Below are positions 45,001-53,534 of a DNA stretch of 64,000 bases, piece after piece. Location of the stretch: NCBI GenBank assembly GCA_945865725.1, contig CAMBEO010000001.1:51102-115101 (forward strand), given 5' to 3'. Every line of letters begins with the position of its first letter. The first letter of the stretch is position 1. The stretch comes from Thermoflexus hugenholtzii JAD2 (GTDB taxonomy: Bacteria; Chloroflexota; UBA11872; UBA12225). The notes below the pieces were generated by a model. The model saw only the letters and a list, made by a program, of their open reading frames with translations, made no database searches and was not told the DNA's origin. Position numbers and translations under genes: made by a program.

Positions 45001-46270
45001 GCACCCCCTGACGTCGGCCGCCGCCGCCTTGCGTGCTGCCAGCACGTACAGCATCTCCGCGATCGACGCCGAGAAGGCCGGCGAGGAGGTCGTGATCGCC
45101 GGGTCGATCGCCTCCGTCCGCCCGGTCCAGACGCGCAAGGGCGACACGATGGGCGCGGTCCAGCTCGAGGACCTTTCCGGGCAGATCGAGGTCGTCGTCT
45201 TCCCACGCTTGTACACGAGCGCGCGCGACCTCCTGGTCGAGGACGCGATCGTCCTCGTGCGCGGCAAGGTCGACACGCGCAACGACACGCCCCAGATCGT
45301 CTGCGATGCCATCGAGGCGTTCGACCCGGACGTGCCGATCGAGGAGATCCGGGTCGCCCCGGCGACCCGGGCCCGCCCTTCGCGCCGCCCCGACGGGGCA
45401 GCGCGCCCGGCGAGCCGTGGCACCACGCGCCGTCCCGCCGCGCCGGCCTCCACCGACGAGCCGCCCCGCGGCGACGTCCCTACCCCCACCGACGTGCCGT
45501 CCCCGGGCGGCGTCCCCGCCCGCGCCGACGTGCCGACCCAAGGCGACGTGCCAACCCCCGCCGACGTGCTGTCCCCGGGCGGCGTCCCCGCCCGCGCAGA
45601 CGGCCTGGGCGCCCTGGCGTCCATCTCTCCCCTCTCCCGCGAAGCGGGGGAGGGGCAGGGGGTGGGGGAGGATCACGGCACGGCCACCGTCCCCGGCAGG
45701 CCCACGACCGATCCCGGCGACAATGAGCCGCCGGCCGACGACCCATGGGCGGGGATGGACGTCGGGCCCGCGATCCCGGCACGCCCCGCTTCCCGCGTCG
45801 ATGCTCCATCCTCCCAGGCCGGTCGCCCCGCTCCCCGCGCTTCCTCGGACGCCCCGGAACCCCTGGGTACTGGCGCGCCGGCCCGGTCCCTCGCGGAGGC
45901 ACGACCGCACGCCGTCACCGGATACGTGGCGAGCGTCACTTCTGCCTCGCCATCCGTCGTCCTGCCCGTCGCGACCGGACTCGACGCCATATCGGTCGTC
46001 GACGTGACCGTGCCCTGCAACGGCCGCGAGGACCGCAACCTGCGCATGATCGAACGGCTCGACCGCGCGATCCGGACGTGGCCCGGCGCCGTGCGGGTCG
46101 TCATCCGCCTGCTCCATCCCACCGGCAGCGTGGTCGCGATCGAGGCGTCGCAGCGGGTCGACCCGTGCCGTGAACTCGTCGAGTCCCTGCAGCGCGAGGT
46201 CGGCCACGAGCACGTCCGCGTGCGCGCCGGCGCCGACGACGCACCATGGGGCGGACGCGCTACGGCGTAG
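42014..46270 (+). CDS. dnaE: DNA polymerase III alpha subunit (1418 aa, with repeat-derived insertions)
   Basis: PHP domain FVHLHVHSEYSLLDG; polymerase core throughout; OB-fold region ...VVIAGSIASVRPVQTRKGDTMGAVQLEDLSGQIEVVVF...; C-terminal ...VRVVIRLLHPTGSVVAIEASQRVDPCRELVESLQREVG. Confidence 0.95.
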   Translation: MARRPSAAADPVAPADAAGPDFVHLHVHSEYSLLDGLGRIDGIVGRAAALGQPAIALTDHGNLHGVVEFDVAARKAGVKPIIGCEVYVAPRTMGDREPKVDDRPFHLTLLARDQEGYQNLLRLVSTASIEGFYYRPRIDKALLERHAGGLVALSGCMSGELSRLLLDGQVEAARRVAAWHADLFGRDHYFIEVQDQGLDRQPELNRGLVDIARHLGVRVVATNDAHYVAQSDHRAHDILLCIQTGATVDQPNRMRLGSEQFHLRSGAEMARAFSGLPEALANTLLVAEQVNLDLDFSRVNLPRFDLPDGQTPSSYLRELSFKGIEARYGGVSEEQRARLAYELDVIDRTGYPLYFLIVADYVRFARERGILAMPRGSVAGSLVIHALGVCDIDPLAYRLMFERFLHDERIGMPDIDMDFADDRREEVIRYVQEKYGRDRVAQIITFGTMAARAAVRDVARVMGLSFSEVNPIARAIPFGASLAEARETPDLKAMADRDPRIAEVLDLAQGVEGVSRNASTHAAGIVISRDPLVEHVPLQRGPKGDETIVTQWAMGAVEQAGMLKMDFLGLANLTIVDRTLRILKEANGLDLDLNSIPTDESHPDAAKAFAMLGEGETTAVFQLESDGMRRCLRGLRPNQVSDLIAIVALYRPGPMDNIPAFTAAKNGHVPVRYLHPVLKPILEETYGVCVYQDQVLLMVREVAGFTWGEADVLRKAMGKKIPALMAEQEEKFHTSAVARGFDPHVVQALWDIIAPFAGYGFPKGHAAAYAVLAYQTAYLKANYPGAYMAAVLTSTAGTPDKVSEAIHECRRLGVDIGAPDVNRSAQGFTLEPGDDGTTAVRFGFSGIKFVGAGAVEALIAERDRGGHFADIPDLCARIDLRQWNKRALESLVKAGALDAFGDRPAMLAGLDASISAGQQASRARQSGQTSLFDLFGGGPASPLGRGAGGEGAGQGAGSRPAGPKSMPVRDASLLTVPERRQALAWEKESLGLYLSEHPLTSAAAALRAASTYSISAIDAEKAGEEVVIAGSIASVRPVQTRKGDTMGAVQLEDLSGQIEVVVFPRLYTSARDLLVEDAIVLVRGKVDTRNDTPQIVCDAIEAFDPDVPIEEIRVAPATRARPSRRPDGAARPASRGTTRRPAAPASTDEPPRGDVPTPTDVPSPGGVPARADVPTQGDVPTPADVLSPGGVPARADGLGALASISPLSREAGEGQGVGEDHGTATVPGRPTTDPGDNEPPADDPWAGMDVGPAIPARPASRVDAPSSQAGRPAPRASSDAPEPLGTGAPARSLAEARPHAVTGYVASVTSASPSVVLPVATGLDAISVVDVTVPCNGREDRNLRMIERLDRAIRTWPGAVRVVIRLLHPTGSVVAIEASQRVDPCRELVESLQREVGHEHVRVRAGADDAPWGGRATA
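44834..44886. repeat. family-A repeat (shortened hairpin plus duplicated G-rich tail) in frame inside dnaE
   Basis: tctcccctcgggagaggggcagggggtgagggcgcagggcagggggcggggtcc is translated as SPLGRGAGGEGAGQGAGS. Confidence 0.8.
45470..45604. repeat. about 1.9 copies of a 72-bp tandem unit inside dnaE
   Basis: ggcgacgtccctacccccaccgacgtgccgtccccgggcggcgtccccgcccgcgccgacgtgccgacccaa, then a near-copy. It codes GDVPTPTDVPSPGGVPARADVPTQ / GDVPTPADVLSPGGVPARADG. Confidence 0.85.
45626..45670. repeat. full-length family-A hairpin repeat in frame inside dnaE
   Basis: tctcccctctcccgcgaagcgggggaggggcagggggtgggggag is nearly identical to the intergenic copy at 29291-29332. It is translated as SPLSREAGEGQGVGE. 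Confidence 0.9.
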
Positions 46271-46771
46271 CCGTCTGCCCCTCTGGGCTACCGCAATACT
46301 GACGGAACGGGTCGCCCGTTACGCCCGACAGGTTCCTCTGATCGGGGCGAACGGGCCAACGTCCGCGTAAACCGGGCACGTCCACATCGTGTCCGGAGGG
46401 GTCGCCACGATCCGGCAAACGAGTGCACGTCCTCCGGTCGCGGCGGCGCCCACGATCCTCCGTGCCGGCACCGGCGAGGCGGCTTTTCGCCCACTCCCGT
46501 GCCGGCCATGGCGTCGCACCTGCCGTCTCACGCCCCATCTCTCCGGCGCCGTGCGAGCGAACCCACGGCAGGGAACAGCCCACCACCAGCCGCCCACAGC
46601 ATTCGCGGTCGTGCCCGTTCTGTTTCGATATTGGTATCCATGGACAACCGGCAACCCGTCCCCTATATTGGCGACATGCGCGGCCCGCCGTCGCGCGTGA
46701 TGGGAGTACCGAATCGTCGCCCCTTCCCCCGGCCCGTCCTCCGCCAGGCGGGTGAGGGGTGACCGCGCAAC

Positions 46772-48094
46772 CTAGCCGGTGCGCGCGATTACGGCGGTCC
46801 GGTCGGTCACGGTGAACCGGTCGGTCGCGACCTGGCGGGCCGCCTCCCTCGCCACGACACGGCGCATCGACGCGATCCCGATCGCGAGCAGCGCCGCCGC
46901 GACGGACATGAGTGCCAGCGTGAGGCGTGGCCCGGCAAGGACCACCAGGTATCCGCCCGCCGCCGCGCCCCCGCCCACTCCGGCGAAGGCCGTCCAGCGG
47001 TAGGTGCTGTTCACCCGCCCCTGCATCGCGTCGGGGATCGTGCCCAGGCGGTAGGCCACCTGGACGATGCCGGTCAGCGACTCGGCAAAGGTCGCGATCG
47101 CCATGCCGACCATCGCGACGGCGAGTACCGGCGCGGTGGCGAGGATGGCATAGCCGACCGCGTTCGTCGTCACGATGGCGACCAAGAGCGGCCAGATGGC
47201 GATCCGGGCGTAGAGGCGGGCGGCGAGGGTCGCCCCCACCAGTCCGCCCGCGCCGCCGGCGGTGAGCAACCACCCGACTTGGTGCGTCTCGGCGTGCAGC
47301 TCGGCCTGTGCCAGCACGATGACGGTGAGGACGAGACCGCCCAGAAGCAGGCGTTGCCCGAAGTTCACCGCCGCCATGCCTCGCAGCGACCGGTCATCCC
47401 AGAGGTAACGCAGGCCCGCACCGATGTCGGCCCGCAGTTGCGCGATCCGGCCCGCGGTGGCCCTCGCGATCCGGGCCGACTGCAGGGGCGTCCGCACCGA
47501 GGCCAGGGCCGCCAGCGAGGCGAAGTAGGTCACGGCATCGACGGCATACGCCAGCGAGGCGCCCGCCTCGGTCGTCGCCGCGATTCCGATGATGGCCGCC
47601 CCAAGCGCCGGTCCCGCGAGCGTCGCGACCCCCTGCGACGCTTGGTTGAACGACTGCGCCGCGGCGATCTGCGATTTCGCCACGACGCGGGGCAACGCGG
47701 CGACCTGAGCCACGTTGGCGAACGCCAGTGCCGTGCCCTGCACGAACGCGACGACGTAAAGGTGCGCGACGGTGAGCGAGCCGAACCACCAAGCGACCGG
47801 CACCGACCCGATCGCGACCGCCCGCGCCAGGTCGCACGCCATCAGGATCAAGCGCCGGTCGGCGCGGTCGATGATCGCTCCGGCGACCAGGCCGAGGAAG
47901 AGGAACGGCACCGCCTGCGCGGAGGCCAAGAGGCCCGCGTCGGCCGGCGAACCGGTGAGCGCAAGCGCAAGCAGCGGCGCTGCCAACCGGGAGACGCCCC
48001 CGCCAACGGCGGAGACCACCTGGCCGGCCCACAGGCGCACGAACTCGCCATTCTGGGCCAAGGAAGGGATGGGCGTTGCCACTGGTTGGGTCAA
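46772..48094 (-). CDS. MFS transporter (12-TM, EntS/MFS_3-like)
   Basis: FVRLWAGQVVSAVGGGVSRLAAPLLAL...AGAIIDRADRRLILMACD plus multiple TM segments. Confidence 0.8.
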   Translation of the reverse strand: MTQPVATPIPSLAQNGEFVRLWAGQVVSAVGGGVSRLAAPLLALALTGSPADAGLLASAQAVPFLFLGLVAGAIIDRADRRLILMACDLARAVAIGSVPVAWWFGSLTVAHLYVVAFVQGTALAFANVAQVAALPRVVAKSQIAAAQSFNQASQGVATLAGPALGAAIIGIAATTEAGASLAYAVDAVTYFASLAALASVRTPLQSARIARATAGRIAQLRADIGAGLRYLWDDRSLRGMAAVNFGQRLLLGGLVLTVIVLAQAELHAETHQVGWLLTAGGAGGLVGATLAARLYARIAIWPLLVAIVTTNAVGYAILATAPVLAVAMVGMAIATFAESLTGIVQVAYRLGTIPDAMQGRVNSTYRWTAFAGVGGGAAAGGYLVVLAGPRLTLALMSVAAALLAIGIASMRRVVAREAARQVATDRFTVTDRTAVIARTG

Positions 48095-48211
48095 CGGCGG
48101 GCGTACTCCGGCGGTGCTCGTCCCGCCGCTTCCCAGCCGAGACGATTACGTTCACCGCGTACACTCTCGCCCGGCGCGCGCCACCCGGCCCGCGACGAGG
48201 ACGCCCCCCAC

Positions 48212-50065
48212 GTGCTCAGGGAACTCACGATCCGCAACTTCGCGTTGCTCGAGATCGCGCACCTGCACTTCGGCACGGGCCTGACCGTCCTCACCGGCGA
48301 GACGGGTGCCGGCAAGTCAATCGTCATCGATGCCATCGGGTGCGTCCTGGGCGGGCGCACCTCGGCCGAGGTCGTCCGCGCCGGCGCCGACCGCGCAACT
48401 GTCGAGGCCATCTTCGACCTTGACGTGGAGACCGCCGACGCCGTCCGAACCACCCTCGACGGCCTCGGCATGGCCGACCTCATCGACGGGGACGAGGGCG
48501 GAGACGCAAGCGAAGGCGGGAGCGGGCGGGGTACCGGCGCGCTCGCGCTCTCCCGGGAGATCGGGCGCAACGGGCGCAGCGTCGCGCGCCTGAACGGTCG
48601 GGCCGTGCCCGCAAGCACCCTCGCGCAGGTCGGCGCCCACCTCATCGACATCCACGGGCAACACGACCACCTGTCGCTCTTGCGCGCCGATGCGCAGCGC
48701 GACTTGCTCGACCGGTTCGGTGTCCTCGTCGATGCGCGGCGCGCCCTTGCGGACCGATGGCGAGCACTGGGCGCCGCGTCGCGTGCCCGCCGTGCGATGC
48801 GCGCGGACGCCCGCGAGGTCGCGCGGCGCATCGAGATGCTTGGCTACCAGGTCGAGGAGATCGTGCAAGCAGATCTCACGGAAGGCGAGGATGAGGCGCT
48901 CCAGCGGGAACGCGTCCGCCTTGCCAACGCCGGCCGCCTCGCCGAACTCGGTGGCGCCGTCCTCGGCCGCCTCGCAGCCGGGTCCGACGATGGCGCCACC
49001 CCCGCGCGGGACCTCGTCGCGTTGGCCGCGCGCGACCTCGATGCCCTGGCGCGCGTCGATCCCGACCTTGCCGCCACCGCCACGTCGGTCGCCGAGGCCG
49101 CAACCCTCCTCGACGACGCGATCCGCACGATGGCGGACTACGTTGACGCGATCGAGTTCAACCCGGCACGCCAGGCGGAGGTCGAGCGGCGCCTGGACCT
49201 CCTCGCGGCGCTGAAGCACAAGTACGGCGCGACGGTCGCGGACGTCCTCGCATACGAAGAGCGCGCCCGCGCGGAACTGGAGGACCTCGCGACGCGCGAC
49301 GCGCGGGGCCAGGCCCTCGACGCTCAGGTCGATGCCCTCACGGTGGCGGTCGGCGCCGAGGCTGAGGCCCTCTCGACTGCCCGCACCGCGGCCGGCGACC
49401 AACTCGCCGACGCGATTGCCGTCGAGTTGCGCGCGCTCTCCCTCAAGGGCGCCTTCGAGGCCGTCCTGACGCGCACGCCCGATCCCGATGGCGTGCCCGC
49501 ATCGCCTGATGGCGCGCGGTGGCGGTGCGACGAGACCGGCATCGACACCGTCGCCTTCCACTTCGCCCCGAACCCCGGCGAACCCTCGCGCCCGGTCGCG
49601 CGCACCGCGTCGGGCGGCGAGTTGTCGCGCATCCTCCTCGCCCTCAAGGCCGTCCTCTCGCGCGTCGACCGCACGCCCACGCTCATCTTCGACGAGGTCG
49701 ATACCGGCGTCGGTGGCCGGAACGCGCAGGTCCTCGGCGAGAAGCTGGCCGGCCTCGGCGACCGCCACCAGGTCTTCTGCGTCACGCACCTGCCCCAGGT
49801 GGCGGCCTATGGCGACGGCCATGTCTTCCTGGCGAAGCACGTCTCGGACGGGCGGACCACTACCGAGGTGAGCCACCTCGACCCCCACGGGCGCGTCACC
49901 GAGCTCGCGCAGATGCTCGGCGGCGCCACGACGGCGACCCTCGCCCAAGCGCGCGAGTTGCTCGACCGCGCCGGGGCGTGGAAGCGCGCCGCTCGCGATG
50001 CCGACGACGGAGATCCTGGCCTCCCTCTCCCGCGTTCGCAGGGGAGGGATCGCGTACGCGGATAA
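48212..50065 (+). CDS. recN: DNA repair protein RecN
   Basis: LRELTIRNFALLEIAHLHFGTGLTVLTGETGAGKSIVIDAI, a coiled-coil middle, and ...SGGELSRILLALK...LIFDEVDTGVGG...VTHLPQVAA. The last 15 or so codons and the stop lie in the composite repeat. Confidence 0.9.
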   Translation: MLRELTIRNFALLEIAHLHFGTGLTVLTGETGAGKSIVIDAIGCVLGGRTSAEVVRAGADRATVEAIFDLDVETADAVRTTLDGLGMADLIDGDEGGDASEGGSGRGTGALALSREIGRNGRSVARLNGRAVPASTLAQVGAHLIDIHGQHDHLSLLRADAQRDLLDRFGVLVDARRALADRWRALGAASRARRAMRADAREVARRIEMLGYQVEEIVQADLTEGEDEALQRERVRLANAGRLAELGGAVLGRLAAGSDDGATPARDLVALAARDLDALARVDPDLAATATSVAEAATLLDDAIRTMADYVDAIEFNPARQAEVERRLDLLAALKHKYGATVADVLAYEERARAELEDLATRDARGQALDAQVDALTVAVGAEAEALSTARTAAGDQLADAIAVELRALSLKGAFEAVLTRTPDPDGVPASPDGARWRCDETGIDTVAFHFAPNPGEPSRPVARTASGGELSRILLALKAVLSRVDRTPTLIFDEVDTGVGGRNAQVLGEKLAGLGDRHQVFCVTHLPQVAAYGDGHVFLAKHVSDGRTTTEVSHLDPHGRVTELAQMLGGATTATLAQARELLDRAGAWKRAARDADDGDPGLPLPRSQGRDRVRG

Positions 50066-50181
50066 CGATGTCGGGGTCGTGGGTCACGCCACGGCGGGGC
50101 GGGGACTGGCGGCACCGGTGCTGCGTCGTTCGGGCCCCCACCCCCTGCTGAAAACTCCCCCGCTGGCGCGGGAGAGGGGAG
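50020..50181. repeat. composite palindromic element, copy 2
   Basis: cctccctctcccgcgttcgcaggggaggg + atcgcgtacgcggataacgatgtcgggg + ...cccccaccccctgctgaaaactcccccgctggcgcgggagaggggag. The architecture matches 29037-29174. Confidence 0.85.
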
Positions 50182-50262
50182 CCGACGCACGCCTCGTAGT
50201 CTCGTCGCCTCGCGGGAGATGGGAGGTTCGTTCCCGAACCCCCCACTTCCGTCGACGGTGCG

Positions 50263-51312
50263 CTAGTCGAGCGCGACCGCGTGCCCCGTCTTCGCCGACC
50301 GGTACGCGGCGTCCATGACCCGCGTGACCTCCAAGGCGTGCCGCGCAGGCGTGTACGGCTCCCGTCCGGCCAGAACGGCATCCACGAACTGCTGGCTGAC
50401 GTCGCCGAACCCGGCGGTCTCGCCGTCAGCCACGTCCAGCACCTTTTGCTCGACCGGGCGCAGCTTGTTGTAGGGGCCGGGCGCGACCATCGTCAGTGGC
50501 CCGAACTTGAGGCCGGCCTTAGTGCCGAAGACCATCAGTTGGTCGGCATTCGCCACGTTGCTCGACCAGGTGATCTCGAGGATGCCCGACTTCCCGCCTT
50601 CGCACGTGAACATGACGACGGCGTGATCCTCGACGTCCTGCACGAGCGGTGCGGGCGCCGGGTCGCCGATGCCCATCTTGGTCGAACACAACACCGAGAT
50701 CACCTTCGGGTTGCCGAGGAGCCAGAGCAGCACGTCGATCTGGTAGACGCCGATGTCGATCAGCGCACCGCCGCCCGCCCGGGCGTAGTCGATGAACCAG
50801 TGGGTGTCGCGCAGGATGTCGATCCCGGGGCGCCCCCGGAAGCGGAACGCGCTCGACCGCACGTGGTACACGTCGCCCAACGAACCGTTCGACGCCAGTT
50901 CCTGCGCCTTGCGCGTCGCCGCCCCGCAGCGTTGGCGCGCCGACGCCACCGCCAGGTACTTGCCCGTGCGCTCGGCCGTCTCGGTCATCAGCTGCGCCTC
51001 GGCCGGGTCGAAGGCGAACGGCTTCTCGCACAGGACGTGCTTGCCTGCCTCGAGGGCGGCGATCGTCGGACCCATGTGCGCGAACGGCGGCGTCGAGACG
51101 ATGACCGCGTCGATGTCGCTCCGGCCCAGGACGGCGTCGAGGTCCGTCGCGACGCTGGCGATGTTCCACCGCTTGGCGAACGCCTCGGCGCGGTCCTGCA
51201 AGACGTCATAGATCGCGAGGACGCGCGCCGGCGCATGCTTCTCCAGCGACCGCATGTGCGCGTTCGCGATGGTGCCGGTGCCGATGATCGCCAAGCCCAG
51301 GGTGTCAGCCAT
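50263..51312 (-). CDS. Gfo/Idh/MocA-family NAD(P)-dependent oxidoreductase
   Basis: LGLAIIGTGTIANAHMRSL...VIVSTPPFAHMGPTIAALEAGKHVLCEKPFA. ATG at 51312. Confidence 0.85.
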   Translation of the reverse strand: MADTLGLAIIGTGTIANAHMRSLEKHAPARVLAIYDVLQDRAEAFAKRWNIASVATDLDAVLGRSDIDAVIVSTPPFAHMGPTIAALEAGKHVLCEKPFAFDPAEAQLMTETAERTGKYLAVASARQRCGAATRKAQELASNGSLGDVYHVRSSAFRFRGRPGIDILRDTHWFIDYARAGGGALIDIGVYQIDVLLWLLGNPKVISVLCSTKMGIGDPAPAPLVQDVEDHAVVMFTCEGGKSGILEITWSSNVANADQLMVFGTKAGLKFGPLTMVAPGPYNKLRPVEQKVLDVADGETAGFGDVSQQFVDAVLAGREPYTPARHALEVTRVMDAAYRSAKTGHAVALD

Positions 51313-51386
51313 GCCGTGCCCCTTCCAGTGTCGGGTGCGGATTCCTATGATCCGCCCGCCAATGCGTGCCCATCCTAACGCCCGTG

Positions 51387-52079
51387 CTATCGCCCGGCGC
51401 ACCACCGGACCCCGTTCGCGACGGCGCGGCGCACCTCCGCCTGGAAGTACACCGGGTACGTCTCGTGCCCCGGTTGGAAGTAGAAGACCCGGCCCGCCCC
51501 GCGGTACCAGCAGCACCCGGACCGGAACACCTCGCCCCCCGCGAACGACGACACGAACACCAGCTCGTCCGGGGCCGGGATGTTGAACGGCTCCTGGTAC
51601 ATTTCCTCGGCCGGGATCACGAAGCCGTCGCCAAGTCCCGCCGCGATCGGATGGTCCTTCTGCACGACCCACACGCGCGACGGCTTCTCGTCCTCGCGCC
51701 ATCCGGGCAGGCACCCGGGGCGGTCGAGCAACTCCTGGAACGGCTTCGAGTCGAGCGACGAGTGCAGCGGCAGGAAGCCCATCCCCCGCTGTTGCACGTG
51801 GCGCAGGATGCGGGCCACCGTCGCGTCGCCCACCTCCCGATGACGCACGTGGCTGAAGTACACCAGCACCTCGGCCCACGCCAGGTCGGCCTCGGCTAGG
51901 CCCTGGTCGGCATCATCGATCGTCGCGACGCGCACCTCGAACCCGCCCGCCTCGCCCAGCAGGTCGGCGACGGCCCCGTCGATGCCATCCGGGTAGATCG
52001 ACGCCGGTTCCGTCCGCTCGCTCCATGACAGCACCCGGACCGGTGCCGCCTCGCCGTTCCCGTTCGCCACCATCGCCAT
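51387..52079 (-). CDS. ThuA-domain (trehalose-utilisation-like) protein
   Basis: ...GMGFLPLHSS...DHPIAAGLGD...YFQPGHETYPVYF... pattern. Confidence 0.75.
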   Translation of the reverse strand: MAMVANGNGEAAPVRVLSWSERTEPASIYPDGIDGAVADLLGEAGGFEVRVATIDDADQGLAEADLAWAEVLVYFSHVRHREVGDATVARILRHVQQRGMGFLPLHSSLDSKPFQELLDRPGCLPGWREDEKPSRVWVVQKDHPIAAGLGDGFVIPAEEMYQEPFNIPAPDELVFVSSFAGGEVFRSGCCWYRGAGRVFYFQPGHETYPVYFQAEVRRAVANGVRWCAGR

Positions 52080-52094
52080 CGCTCCTTCGCCCTG

Positions 52095-53534
52095 TCACGC
52101 CGGTGCGGGCATCGCCGGGCGCACCGCCGGGCGATCCCGGACCATCGCGATCGCCACGCCGGCGAAGGCGACCACGCTCACGAACCAGTAGACGTCGTGG
52201 AACCCCGCGAGGAAGTCGCCGCCATGCACGGCGACCCGCGCGGACAGGCCAGCGCCGCCGAGCGCGACGCCAAGCAGCAGCCCCGCCGTCCGGCTGACGC
52301 CAAGGATGCCGTTCGCCACGCCGATCCGGTCGCGCGGCGTCGCGGCCAGGATCGCGCTGTCGTTCGGGGCGATGAACGCACCGATCCCGACCCCGCCAAG
52401 GAGGAGGCCCGTCACGGGGGCCCACCAGCCTTGTTCCGGTGTCGCCATCGCCAGGACGACGCACCCGGCCGCCTGCACTGCGAGGCCCGCCGGCGCGAGG
52501 AGCCTCGTCCCGATGCGGTCCGAGAGTGGTCCCGCGACCAGCGACGCCGCGAACATGCCGACCGGCATCGCCGCGAGGATCGGGCCGATCGACGTCGGCG
52601 ACAGCGACAGCGCCTCGCGAAGGTAGAACGGAAGCAGGAAGCCGTGGGCGGAGAACGGCAGGTACCCGGCCACCTTGGCCACGTTGCCTGCCGTGAACGT
52701 GCGGCTCCGGAACATCCCGAGGTCGATCATCGGGTCCGTGACCCGGCGTTCGACGCGGACGAACTGCACGCCGCACGCCACCGCCAGCACCATCGACCCC
52801 AGGACCACGGGCGACGTCCACGACTCGACCGCCGCCTGCGTCAGCGCGAAGAGGAACGCGGCCACGCCGACGCCGAAGAGCGCCGCCCCGGCGACGTCGA
52901 ACCGGGGCCGGACGGGCGCGCGCGCCGGTTCGCGCATCGCGAACGGGACCGCCACCAGCATCGCCAGTCCCAGCGGCGCGATCATCGCGAAGGTGCCCTG
53001 CCACCCGGCGACCTCGAGGACGACGCCACCGATGATCGGCCCGAAGCCCGACCCGGTGGCGATGCATGCCTCCCACAACCCGACGACGAAGCCTCGCCGC
53101 GACGGCGGGTAGATGTCGATGAGGTATGCGACGGAGTTCGCCGCCATCAGCGCGCCCCCGAGGCCCTGCACGACGCGCGCCGCCAGCAACATCGGGAACG
53201 TTTCGCTGGCGGCGCACAGGACGGACCCGACGACGAAGGTCGCGACCCCCAGCGCGTACAGGTTGCGCCGCCCGCGCAGGTCCGCCAGCCGCCCGAAGAT
53301 CGTCAGCAGGCTTGCCGACACCAGCATGAAGGCCAGAGACACCCACGCGATCGTCGCCGCCGGCACCGCGAACGCGGCCATCATCGCCGGGTTGGCGACG
53401 TTCAAGGCGCTGAAGTGCAGCGCAGTGACCACGGCACCGGACGCGACGACCGCCGTGGCCGGGACCAGCGGGATGTCGGTCTCGACGGCGCGGCGCGATT
53501 CCTTGGTCAACGGCGGCCTCCCGCCGGTGACCAT
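52095..53534 (-). CDS. MFS transporter, 14-TM DHA2/EmrB-like
   Basis: ALNVANPAMMAAF..., GRLADLRGRRNLY, and many TM segments over 479 aa. Confidence 0.8.
   Translation of the reverse strand: MVTGGRPPLTKESRRAVETDIPLVPATAVVASGAVVTALHFSALNVANPAMMAAFAVPAATIAWVSLAFMLVSASLLTIFGRLADLRGRRNLYALGVATFVVGSVLCAASETFPMLLAARVVQGLGGALMAANSVAYLIDIYPPSRRGFVVGLWEACIATGSGFGPIIGGVVLEVAGWQGTFAMIAPLGLAMLVAVPFAMREPARAPVRPRFDVAGAALFGVGVAAFLFALTQAAVESWTSPVVLGSMVLAVACGVQFVRVERRVTDPMIDLGMFRSRTFTAGNVAKVAGYLPFSAHGFLLPFYLREALSLSPTSIGPILAAMPVGMFAASLVAGPLSDRIGTRLLAPAGLAVQAAGCVVLAMATPEQGWWAPVTGLLLGGVGIGAFIAPNDSAILAATPRDRIGVANGILGVSRTAGLLLGVALGGAGLSARVAVHGGDFLAGFHDVYWFVSVVAFAGVAIAMVRDRPAVRPAMPAPA

Noticed and set aside
46288-46762. 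ORFs of 73-111 aa on both strands in the dnaE/MFS convergent spacer.
   Set aside because: They overlap one another. Their translations are Arg/Pro/His-rich, and they lack RBS or motifs. The spacer is reported as unexplained rather than coding.
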